64,000 bases of DNA from Verrucomicrobiia bacterium (GTDB taxonomy: Bacteria > Verrucomicrobiota > Verrucomicrobiia > Limisphaerales > UBA11358), in the NCBI GenBank assembly GCA_036510395.1, contig DATCDZ010000152.1, positions 4,325 to 68,324 of the forward strand, read 5' to 3'. The position numbers and the translations under genes are program-made. The notes beneath the pieces are model-generated. The model saw nothing but the letters and a program-made list of their open reading frames with translations. It was not told the origin of the DNA and did not search any database. Shown here piece after piece: positions 8,465-16,077 of this stretch; the stretch's first letter is position 1, and each line of letters opens with the position of its first letter.

Positions 8465-8943
8465 GGGAAAGGATGGGGCAAGCGGTGACTGAATTCTGCC
8501 GGAAATCCAAGCCAAAAGCCTTTTTCATTTTGTTCCAAAATGGAACGAAGCTGCCCAGGCAATCTGGAAAAATACTGCCAATGGTGACATTCGTTTTTGC
8601 AAAGTTTGCAGGAGCGGAGCCGGTTGTTCCGCGAGAATGTCAGCCGAAAAAATAAACCAACGTGACGCATGAAAAATAAATCCGAAAAATGGCGGCAGAC
8701 TGGCCGATGGTTTTTGGGGAAAGGACGGAGCCATGAACGGCCAAATTCCGCCGGGAATGAATGCCGCAAGTGCTTTTCACTTTGTTTCATTTTGAAACAA
8801 TTACCACTGCCTGTTCTGCCAGAATGGTTCCATGAATTTATATTTCGACCAAGTTGCGGGAAAGGATTGGGTCAGGCGGTCGTTGAATTCCGCCGTGAAT
8901 CCAGACCGGAAAAAAAATTCATTTTGTTCATGGGGTGAACAAA
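8465..8943 (+). repeat. Three dispersed ~85-nt U-repeats (8465-8546, 8717-8800, 8858-8943), each ending in a hairpin
   Basis: Shared skeleton: GGGAAAGGA..GG...AATTC.GCCG.GAAT...TTTCA.TTTGTT-hairpin. The terminal hairpins are GTTCC-aaaat-GGAAC, (TT)GTTTC-atttt-GAAAC(AA) and (TTT)GTTCA-tgggg-TGAAC(AAA). Confidence 0.8.
8608..8710 (+). repeat. V-repeat copy 1 (paralogue of the leader and first codons of the 9183 gene)
   Basis: GCAGGAGCGGAGCCGGTTGTTCCGCGAGAATGTCAGCCGAAAAAATAAACC..GTGACGCATGAAAAATAAA...CTGGCCGATGG aligns with 9117-9222. It contains the hairpin GCGGA-n9-TCCGC followed by a GAGAAT -10-like hexamer. Confidence 0.75.
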
Positions 8944-9116
8944 GCGGCTTCGCCAATCCGATAAGATGCCGCCAAATAACAGCCATGAAAAATGACAGCC
9001 AAAAAAATCATTGTGGCAAAAGTGGTGGCTTCATCCTGTGTGTTTTCCGCACTGGATCGCCCGCAAACTCTGCCAAAGTGGGAGCCGTTGGGAAAATTCG
9101 AGTTGTGCAATGGGCT

Positions 9117-9222
9117 GCACAAGCGGAGCCGGAATTTCCGCTAGAATGTCTGCCGGAAACATAAATAAACCGTAGGTGACGTATGAATAATGAAGCGCCA
9201 AACAACCTCGCTGGCCGGATGG
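9117..9222 (+). repeat. V-repeat copy 2 = probable promoter/leader and 5' end of the 9183 gene
   Basis: GCACAAGCGGAGCCGGAATTTCCGCTAGAATGTCTGCCGGAAACATAAATAAACC..GTGACGTATGAATAATGAA...CTGGCCGGATGG. It has the same GCGGA-n9-TCCGC hairpin and a TAGAAT hexamer. Confidence 0.75.
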
Positions 9223-9605
9223 AAAAAGAGATTCGCGTCAAGCCTGGAAAAAATAAAGAAGCAGCAGAACAGCGAGCCAGTGCCGTTTATGTGCTCAACA
9301 ACGAACTCAAGGCGATCTTGAATCTGAACCGGCCACCGGCGCGTTTGAACACGGCGCAGACCGCCGCCTACCTCGGCTTCAAACCGCATGACATCCCGGT
9401 GCTGGCCGCGCGGGGATTCCTCAAGCCGTTGGGCGACCCGATGCCCAACAGCGATAAATACTATGCGCGGGCAAGGGTGCTGGAACGGTTGGACGATGAG
9501 GAATGGCTGTCACTGGCAACAGCGGCCTTGAGCCAGCATTGGCAGAAGAAAAACGCCAGCAAAACCAAAAAGCGGAATGGTCATGCCCGGCCAGTTAAAA
9601 AATGA
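9183..9605 (+). CDS. Helix-turn-helix (excisionase/MerR-like) protein, putative relaxosome accessory factor
   Basis: LNTAQTAAYLGFKPHDIPVLAARGFLKPLG resembles excisionase-family HTH_17 proteins. It lies immediately upstream of the relaxase on the same strand and has a basic C-terminal tail. Confidence 0.6.
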   Translation: MNNEAPNNLAGRMEKEIRVKPGKNKEAAEQRASAVYVLNNELKAILNLNRPPARLNTAQTAAYLGFKPHDIPVLAARGFLKPLGDPMPNSDKYYARARVLERLDDEEWLSLATAALSQHWQKKNASKTKKRNGHARPVKK

Positions 9606-9630
9606 ACTATTCGGTTTAACCACGACCAAC

Positions 9631-9649
9631 TCGCCCACTACCCGCTAAC
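9631..9649 (+). promoter_or_regulatory. Element-specific conserved box upstream of the relaxase gene
   Basis: TCGCCCACTACCCGCTAAC ends 33 nt before ATG 9683. It has the same orientation relative to its gene as the copies at 7751 and 14060. A degenerate upstream half-site is TTAACCACGACC. Confidence 0.55.
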
Positions 9650-9682
9650 GCGGGAAATGCGTTTTGATTTACGCTGGCGGCC

Positions 9683-12649
9683 ATGCTTGCACCGAAAGCC
9701 CAATACAACCCGGTTGACGCCAAAAAGTATTTCAAGGAACACCTGGCGGTCGGCGATTATTATGCCGAGGGGCAGACCGTTCCCGGCCAATGGATCGGCA
9801 AGGACGCGGAAGATTTGGGCTTGTCCGGCGTAACCACCACCGATGAGTTTGTCCGGCTCTGCGACAATCTCCATCCGCAAACCGGCGAACGGCTGACACT
9901 CCGGCAAAAAACCACGCGGATTGAAAAGGGGATTGATGGCGAAGAACGGCAAGCCGCCAATCGCCGGGTTTTTTACGATTTCACTTTTTCCCCGCCCAAA
10001 TCGGTTTCCATTGCCGCGCTGGTCGGCAACGACGCTCGGATTGTCGAGGCGCATGAGCAGGCCGTGACGGTGGCCATGCACCAGTTGCAAACCTTCGCGG
10101 CAACGCGCGTGCGGAAAAACGATGAATGCACGGACCGGCATACAGGCAACCTCGTGGCCGCGATGTTCCGGCATGACACCTCGCGCGCTTTAGACCCGCA
10201 TCTGCATACGCATTGCATCGTGTTCAACGCCACGTTTGACGCGGTGGAAAAGCAATGGAAGGCATTGCAGAACCATGAAATGTTCGCCGCGCAAAAATTT
10301 GTCGAGAATGTTTATTACCATGAACTCACGCGCGAAATGGTGAAGTGCGGCTATCAGATTGAAAACAAACCGCGCGGCGATTTTGAAATCAAGGGCGTCG
10401 CGTCGGAACTGATTGACAGGTTTTCCAAGCGGCACCGGGAGATTGACCGGAAAACCAGGGAACTGCTGGCGCGTGAACCGGAAAAGGCGGGCGACAACAT
10501 TGCGGCGATTCGGGAGAACATCGCGCACAAGGACCGGCCACGGAAAATCCGGGACATCGGTTTGGAAAAATTGCAAACGCTGTGGGACGGCCAGATGACA
10601 GCGGGCGAAAGGGCTTCGCTGGATGGGCTGACGGTGAAGCCGTCCGTCGCGCCCGTTTCCAGCGAGAAGATTTGCGAGCAGGCCGTGACGTGGGCGGAGC
10701 AACACCTGTTTGAACGTCATTCCATCGTCCATGAGCATGAACTGTGGCGGCACGCGCTGGAACGCGTCAGAGGGCAGGACGTTTTACTGGCGGACATTCA
10801 GGCCGTCACTCAAAAACGCGGCTATCTGCACTTCGACGAGCATCCCGGCAAGGTTTCCACGCGGGAGCATCTTGAACGTGAAATGGAAATTGTCCAGAAG
10901 GCCAAAGAGGGGATTGGCGAATGTCATCCGCTGGTCTGGCAACCGAAGCCCTTCAATCCCATGTTGGATGGGGAACAGCGCGAAGCCCTCGCCGCGCTGG
11001 TTTCCAATCGTAACCGGGTCGCGGTCTTTCGTGGCGGTGCCGGCACGGGCAAAAGTTTCGTGCTGCGCGAGCTGGTCGGGCAAATCCGCGACGGCGGGCG
11101 CGGCGTAGTCGTCCTCGCGCCGCAACGCCAGCAAGTGCTGGACATGGAACGGGACGGCTTTCCGTCGCCGCTGACGGTTGCCAGTTTTCTGCAAAAGAAA
11201 GAACTCCAAGAGGGAACGGTGGTGATCGTGGACGAGGCCGGGCAGATTGGGGGCAAGCCGATGTTGGAACTGCTCCGGCTGGTTTCTGAACGCAATGCGC
11301 GGCTGATTTTGTCGGGGGACACGCGCCAGCATGGGGCGGTTGAGGCGGGGGACGCGCTGCGGGCGATTGAAAAACATTCCGGCGTCTCGCCAGTGGAATT
11401 GACCAACATCCGCCGCCAGAATCCGGCGCTGGCGAAGTCAATCGAGGAGCGCAAGCATATCAAGGAATACCGTCAGGCCGTCGAGGCAGCGCGTGACGGC
11501 AAGTTCGCGGAATCGTTTGCACGGCTGGACAAATTGAAAGCGATTGAGTCCTGCACGCTGGCCGACAAGCATGAAAAGCTGACGGCGCGTTATCTGCAAC
11601 TGGTGAAAGATCATCAGTCCACCGTGGTCGTCTCGCAAAGCTGGAATGAGATTCACCAGGTCAACGACGCGATTCGTGTTGCGCTTAAAAATGAAAAGCT
11701 CGTCGGCGAAGCGGAAACCACGGTCACGGCATTTCAGCCGGTGGATTTGACGGAAGCGCAAAAGCGCGATGTCCGTTCTTATGATGCCAATACGGTGCTG
11801 GTGTTCAATCGTGACGTGCGCGGGTTCAAGGCCGGTGAATCGGCGCGGTTGAAATTGATTACCGACACGCATTTGCTGGTGGAAACGGACACGCGCATCG
11901 TCCCCATTTCCTTCAAGCAGTTGGACAAGCTGACGGCCTGCCAGCGCAAGGAATTGGCTTTGGCCGCTGGCGACAAGCTGCAACTCAAGGCGAATGGCCG
12001 CAGCGTGGAAAACCGCAAGCTGGTCAACGGCGAACTGGTCACGGTCAAGGCGGTCCAGCCTGACGGCCGCATTGCACTGGCGGATGGCAGGGTCTTGGAT
12101 AAAAACTTCCGGCAGTTCGTCCGGGGCTACGCCATCACGTCCTATGCGTCACAAGGCAAGTCGGTGGAACACGTTTTGTTTTCGGATTCGGCGGCGAAGG
12201 CCGCGACGAACCAGCAGCAATGGTATGTCACGATTTCGCGCGGCAAAAAGGGGATTCATATTTTCACCACGGACAAGGAGCAGTTGCGGGAGAACATCAC
12301 GCGCAGCGGGGATCGCCCATCGGTGGTGGATGTGCTGATGGCACATTACCGGAAACATGATTCGTTTTTTCGCATGATTGAACGGAGTTGGGGAACGCGG
12401 CTGGCGCTCACCATGACCAACAGCAAACGCGCCAGAGAATTTCGCGCGCTGCGCCAGCGGCAAAACCAAAGTCAGGCGCAAGCGCAAACTGAAACGATCA
12501 AGCAAACGGTTGAATCCAATGAGCCGCGCCAGCAACCCGTCCAGCCACCGGCGCAAAGCCACATGGCTGAAACCACGGAGCCGAAAATCAAGCCGCACCT
12601 GATTTTCCCGGAAGTCCCGAAAAAACAGTCGCGCGGTTACAGGCCGTGA
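9683..12649 (+). CDS. MobF-family relaxase (TrwC/TraI-like) fused to a RecD-like helicase
   Basis: N-terminus: DAKKYFKEHLAVGDYYAEG...GQWIGKDAEDLGLSG. Histidine triad: HDTSRALDPHLHTHCIVFNATF. Walker A: FRGGAGTGKS, with LILSGDTRQHGAVEAG. C-terminal helicase motif: ITSYASQGKSVEHVL...YVTISRGKKGIHIFT. Confidence 0.9.
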   Translation: MLAPKAQYNPVDAKKYFKEHLAVGDYYAEGQTVPGQWIGKDAEDLGLSGVTTTDEFVRLCDNLHPQTGERLTLRQKTTRIEKGIDGEERQAANRRVFYDFTFSPPKSVSIAALVGNDARIVEAHEQAVTVAMHQLQTFAATRVRKNDECTDRHTGNLVAAMFRHDTSRALDPHLHTHCIVFNATFDAVEKQWKALQNHEMFAAQKFVENVYYHELTREMVKCGYQIENKPRGDFEIKGVASELIDRFSKRHREIDRKTRELLAREPEKAGDNIAAIRENIAHKDRPRKIRDIGLEKLQTLWDGQMTAGERASLDGLTVKPSVAPVSSEKICEQAVTWAEQHLFERHSIVHEHELWRHALERVRGQDVLLADIQAVTQKRGYLHFDEHPGKVSTREHLEREMEIVQKAKEGIGECHPLVWQPKPFNPMLDGEQREALAALVSNRNRVAVFRGGAGTGKSFVLRELVGQIRDGGRGVVVLAPQRQQVLDMERDGFPSPLTVASFLQKKELQEGTVVIVDEAGQIGGKPMLELLRLVSERNARLILSGDTRQHGAVEAGDALRAIEKHSGVSPVELTNIRRQNPALAKSIEERKHIKEYRQAVEAARDGKFAESFARLDKLKAIESCTLADKHEKLTARYLQLVKDHQSTVVVSQSWNEIHQVNDAIRVALKNEKLVGEAETTVTAFQPVDLTEAQKRDVRSYDANTVLVFNRDVRGFKAGESARLKLITDTHLLVETDTRIVPISFKQLDKLTACQRKELALAAGDKLQLKANGRSVENRKLVNGELVTVKAVQPDGRIALADGRVLDKNFRQFVRGYAITSYASQGKSVEHVLFSDSAAKAATNQQQWYVTISRGKKGIHIFTTDKEQLRENITRSGDRPSVVDVLMAHYRKHDSFFRMIERSWGTRLALTMTNSKRAREFRALRQRQNQSQAQAQTETIKQTVESNEPRQQPVQPPAQSHMAETTEPKIKPHLIFPEVPKKQSRGYRP

Positions 12650-12656
12650 ACGGCGG

Positions 12657-12950
12657 TCAGTCCAGCGGGTAATCGTCGTGGTCATAATAGTCCGGCGGTT
12701 CCCACAACGGCGGGGCAAACGGTGGTGGTGGTGGCGTTCCCGGCAATTGAATGAAAATCGCTGGCCGGACGTGGGACATGGGTTTTCCTCTCTTTGGTCG
12801 CAATGCGCCGCATAATACCCACACCAAAAGAGCCAGCAAAAGATAGATGGCTCCGATGAGAAAATAGAGCGCATGGTCGTGAACGAATCCGTCAAGGTGT
12901 TTCAATCCCGACGTTTCCAGTTCGAGTGCCTTAATTTGCCAAGGTTGCAT
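12657..12950 (-). CDS. Small membrane protein with a Pro-rich acidic tail (hypothetical)
   Basis: Preferred start is ATG 12950, preceded by GGAGGA (12955-12960) directly after the integrase stop. TM segment: YFLIGAIYLLLALLVWVLCGAL. Tail: PPPPPFAPPLWEPPDYYDHDDYPLD. The track start at 13007 would overlap the integrase. Confidence 0.5.
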   Translation of the reverse strand: MQPWQIKALELETSGLKHLDGFVHDHALYFLIGAIYLLLALLVWVLCGALRPKRGKPMSHVRPAIFIQLPGTPPPPPFAPPLWEPPDYYDHDDYPLD

Positions 12951-12960
12951 GGTGTCCTCC

Positions 12961-14034
12961 TTATGCGGCAACGGCTTTCGCCGCTGGTTCGGGGTTGTGG
13001 CTTCCAATAATCACCTTCTGTTGCCGCTCGTATTCGCTCAAGGAAGGCATTTCCACCGGCGCTTTGCGGGAATAGGCCCGCGTCATGGCCTTGCTGTTGT
13101 GGCCAAGATTCACCTGGGCATACCGTTCGGGATAGCCCGCCGTTTTTGCCCGTTCTGCCCACGCGTAACGGTAGCTGTGCAGCGAGACGCCTTTGATGCC
13201 AAGTCCATCGCAGCGTTGTTTGAACTCCGTGGCGCGGTCACCAGAGCGCACGGTTCGCATATATGGAAACAAGGGGCCGCTCCCCGGCAAGTCGCGCAGG
13301 ATTTCCGCCATGTCTTCATCAAAACGCATGATGGCAATCGAGCCGGTCTTCTGGCGCGCATAGCTGATGACGTGGTGTTCCCAATCAACGTCCTCGGCGT
13401 TCAAGCCCGCCAGATCGGATTGCGATGCGCCCAAGTGCCACGCCAGTTTGTAGAACGCCTTGCGTTCGGGATTGTTCTCGCGGGCGACGATGGCCAGATG
13501 TTCCGCCAGCGTGATGCCGCGCTTCTCTTTGAACTCGACGGCGGGCCACTGGCGTTTCGGCACCAGCGGCCACGGCAGCCAGTTCATGTCCACGCAGAAA
13601 TTGTGCAACCGCCGGAGATAAACATTCGTCGAGACGGTTCCCATTTGCAGGACTTTCAGAATCGCTTCGCCCTTGCTTTCGATGATGACCTGCGGCAAGA
13701 GCATCGCCAGTGCCTTGTCCTTCGCGGCGGTTTTCCAGCGATGTTGATTCGCTCCCTGCTTGGTGCCAATCAACGACTCAATGGCGTTCTGCCATGTCCG
13801 CGTGGTCAAGCCCGTGTCCGAACCGGCCAGATACGCCTTGGCGATTTGCAGGTTAAGAACGGGCTGGCGTTCGGAGTTGTTCTTGGCCGCGACAACCTGC
13901 TTGGCATCGTCCTCATTGGCCGTGCCGAGACTGGTGCGCTTGCCGGTGCTGGTGTCCACGCAATAAAACTTATTGCCCCGGATACCACGACGAATTAAGC
14001 GATAACGTGTTTTCATAGTATTACGCAATCGCAA
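12961..14034 (-). CDS. int: Tyrosine recombinase / phage-type integrase
   Basis: C-terminal catalytic region: GVSLHSYRYAWAERA...NLGHNSKAMTRAYSR. The likely true start is ATG 14016 (MKTRYRLIRRG), since 14034 is a TTG. It lies 155 nt from the tRNA-Cys 3' end. Confidence 0.9.
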   Translation of the reverse strand: MRLRNTMKTRYRLIRRGIRGNKFYCVDTSTGKRTSLGTANEDDAKQVVAAKNNSERQPVLNLQIAKAYLAGSDTGLTTRTWQNAIESLIGTKQGANQHRWKTAAKDKALAMLLPQVIIESKGEAILKVLQMGTVSTNVYLRRLHNFCVDMNWLPWPLVPKRQWPAVEFKEKRGITLAEHLAIVARENNPERKAFYKLAWHLGASQSDLAGLNAEDVDWEHHVISYARQKTGSIAIMRFDEDMAEILRDLPGSGPLFPYMRTVRSGDRATEFKQRCDGLGIKGVSLHSYRYAWAERAKTAGYPERYAQVNLGHNSKAMTRAYSRKAPVEMPSLSEYERQQKVIIGSHNPEPAAKAVAA

Positions 14035-14059
14035 GAATAACTGAAGCCGGTTCCGCAGA

Positions 14060-14082
14060 GTTAGCGAGTAGTGGGCGGGTTA
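14060..14082 (-). promoter_or_regulatory. Element-specific conserved box upstream of the integrase
   Basis: GTTAGCGAGTAGTGGGCGGGTTA is identical over 23 nt to 7751-7773. In the gene direction it is TAACCCGCCCACTACTCGCTAAC, ending 43 nt before ATG 14016. Confidence 0.55.
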
Positions 14083-14188
14083 GTGCCGGTTACGCTAGAT
14101 TCTAACGGAGTAGATAAACTGGTGTCCGTTCTGGTGTCCTTTGACACCCTCGCACCTCTTAAACCATTGCTGCAATAACAGTTAGGAA

Positions 14189-14263
14189 TGGAGGCGGGAG
14201 TCGGAATCGAACCGACGAATGCAGCTTTTGCAGAGCCGTGCCTTACCACTTGGCTACCCCGCC
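14189..14263 (-). tRNA. tRNA-Cys (anticodon GCA), CCA encoded
   Basis: The reverse complement GGCGGGGTAGCCAAGTGGTAAGGCACGGCTCTGCAAAAGCTGCATTCGTCGGTTCGATTCCGACTCCCGCCTCCA folds by hand into a cloverleaf. It has a 7-bp acceptor stem, anticodon loop CUGCAAA and T-arm GTCGG-TTCGATT-CCGAC. Confidence 0.93.
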
Positions 14264-14328
14264 ACAGGGATTGTGAGTTTAATTTTCTTTCGCGTCCGAA
14301 TCAAGCTAAGTTTCGGCTCGACCACTTC

Positions 14329-15456
14329 TCAACCGCCAGAACCCAGTTCATGCCGCCGCCGCCAAAGTTCCTGCGGCTTGATGATGCCGCACGGCGTAAT
14401 AATTCCGGTGATCAATTCAGCCGGCGTCACGTCGAAACCCGGATTGCACGCCCTGCTCGATGGATTTGCCACACGCACATACCGGCGTAAATTCTGACTT
14501 CGGACTTTGGACTTCGGACTTTCAACAATGCCCCACGCGCCGAGAACTTCGCTTTCGCTTCGCTCTTCAATTGGAATGTCGAAACCCTGTTTTAGATTCC
14601 AGTCAATTGTTGAAAGCGGGATGGCTACATAAAACGGAATTTTGTGCCGCGCGGCCAGAACCGCCTTTGTATAAGTGCCGATTTTGTTGGTGACTTCGCC
14701 GGTGCGGCCGAGCGTGCGGTCGCTGCCGACGATGACCAAGTCAATCTCACCGCGTTGCATCAAATGTCCGGCGGCGTTGTCAGCAATGATTTGATGTGAA
14801 ATTTTTTGCTGCGCGAGTTCCCAAGCCGTCAAAGTTGCGCCTTGCGAACGCGGACGGGTTTCGTCGCAGAAGACATGGAACTTTTTGCCCTGCGCCTGCG
14901 CGGCATACATCGGCGCGATGGCGGTGCCGATGTCCACGAACGCCAGCCAGCCGGCGTTGCAATGCGTGAGAATCTTCATGCCGTTGCGGATCAGCTTCGC
15001 GCCGTGTTTGCCAATTTCTTCGCAATGACGGACATCTTCGTTCGCAAATTCCTCGGCGGCGGCAAGCGCGAGCGATTTCTTTTCTTCAACGGTTTTGCCG
15101 CGCGCCATTTCGCGGCGAACGTCGTTCATTGCGTTCACGGGATCAACCGCCGTCGGCCGTGCGGCTTTCAAAGTTTGAAAAACAATTTCGACGTGCGCTG
15201 AAAATTTCTTCAAATCATTTCCGTGAAAAGCCAGCGCGCCCTGCGCGAGGCCGTAAGCCGCCGTCGCGCCGATCGCACCTGCGCCGCGCACAATCATGTC
15301 GCGGATTGCCGCCGCCGTTTCCTTGAAACTTTTCGCGGGGACAATTTTGAATTCGTGCGGCAGCAATCTTTGTTCGATGAACAAAACGGAATTGCGCGCC
15401 CGGTCAAATGTGACAGTGCGGAAATGCTGCGTGCGTCCGTGGACGGTGATGTTCAT
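14329..15456 (-). CDS. mtnA: S-methyl-5-thioribose-1-phosphate isomerase (eIF-2B alpha/beta/delta family)
   Basis: FIEQRLLPHEF...IRDMIVRGAGAIGATAAYG...VGSDRTLGRTGEVTNKIGTY...NPGFDVTPAELITGIIT. Confidence 0.85.
   Translation of the reverse strand: MNITVHGRTQHFRTVTFDRARNSVLFIEQRLLPHEFKIVPAKSFKETAAAIRDMIVRGAGAIGATAAYGLAQGALAFHGNDLKKFSAHVEIVFQTLKAARPTAVDPVNAMNDVRREMARGKTVEEKKSLALAAAEEFANEDVRHCEEIGKHGAKLIRNGMKILTHCNAGWLAFVDIGTAIAPMYAAQAQGKKFHVFCDETRPRSQGATLTAWELAQQKISHQIIADNAAGHLMQRGEIDLVIVGSDRTLGRTGEVTNKIGTYTKAVLAARHKIPFYVAIPLSTIDWNLKQGFDIPIEERSESEVLGAWGIVESPKSKVRSQNLRRYVRVANPSSRACNPGFDVTPAELITGIITPCGIIKPQELWRRRHELGSGG
14496..14522. repeat. Heptanucleotide tandem array (AGTCCRA type) in frame inside mtnA
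   Basis: GACTTCGGACTTTGGACTTCGGACTTT is translated as ESPKSKVRSQ on the gene strand. The same heptamer family forms the intergenic hairpin at 29542-29629. Confidence 0.7.
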
Positions 15457-15548
15457 TAAAAAATAAAACCGCGAATAGACACTAATTCACACGAATATTC
15501 TTGAGCCGGGGAATTTCCCGTTTGTTTGAGTCCATTCGTGGTTAAAAA

Positions 15549-15965
15549 TCACCGGACAGTGGCTTTCATCCGCCGGATTTTTTCCTTGAGGTTGCCGTAG
15601 GCCGGCTGCTGACGGAATTTTTTCAGGTCCGGATCCCTGGCGAGCCACGCGAAATCGCGGTAGCCGAGGCTCAACGCTTTTTCCAGCGCGAACGCGGCGC
15701 GGTCGAACTGGCCGGTGAGCGAGTAGCTGCACGCGAGGTTGTAAAACACGAGCGGACTTTCGGGTTCGAGCCGCGCGAGGCGTTCGTCCACGTCCAAGCC
15801 CTCGCTGAAGCGCCCGCGTTGCGTGTAGTGGTCGCCGAGCAACTGGAGGGCGTCCACATAATTCGGATCGCGGCGGACGATTCCCTCCATGAATTCAATC
15901 CGCGTGTCGAGGTCGCGCTGGCTGGCGCGGCTTGTGCTTTTTCTGCTGCTGCTTTTTAACGGCAT
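15549..15965 (-). CDS. TPR-repeat protein
   Basis: 138 aa with TPR-like helices: ALQLLGDHYTQRGRFSEG...VFYNLACSYSLTGQFDRAAFALEKAL. Confidence 0.65.
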   Translation of the reverse strand: MPLKSSSRKSTSRASQRDLDTRIEFMEGIVRRDPNYVDALQLLGDHYTQRGRFSEGLDVDERLARLEPESPLVFYNLACSYSLTGQFDRAAFALEKALSLGYRDFAWLARDPDLKKFRQQPAYGNLKEKIRRMKATVR

Positions 15966-16077
15966 ACGACACGGCGAAATTGGAGAACCCGCGCCGCCAA
16001 GTCAAGCGGCGGAATGTGAAAAACTTTTTGTGGCGTTGCGCGGCGCGTTGTGCAAAATGAAAACAGCTTCATTCAGC

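Larger units (their letters stand above)
4303..14188. mobile_element. Integrative mobilizable element inserted at the 3' end of tRNA-Cys (right end defined by the tRNA; left end NOT resolved and may lie left of nt 4303 or off-window)
   Basis: The integrase directly abuts the tRNA 3' end. Also present are a MobF relaxase-helicase, a ParA-like ATPase, RHH/XRE/HTH regulators and a repeat-dense non-coding oriT-like region. No T4SS or coupling-protein gene is seen. I found no direct repeat of the tRNA 3' segment in the window. Confidence 0.7.

Noticed and set aside
7694-9164. Track ORFs in the 7.7-9.2 kb region (7694-7915, 8401-8655, 8461-8790, 8525-8734, 8669-8938, 8832-9164 and others) as protein genes
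   Set aside because: They overlap each other on both strands and translate the iterons and U/V repeats (for example RFNTVQPVSTRRFNAFQQ from GTTGAA units). They have odd composition and no recognisable motifs. The region is better explained as non-coding oriT or regulatory DNA.
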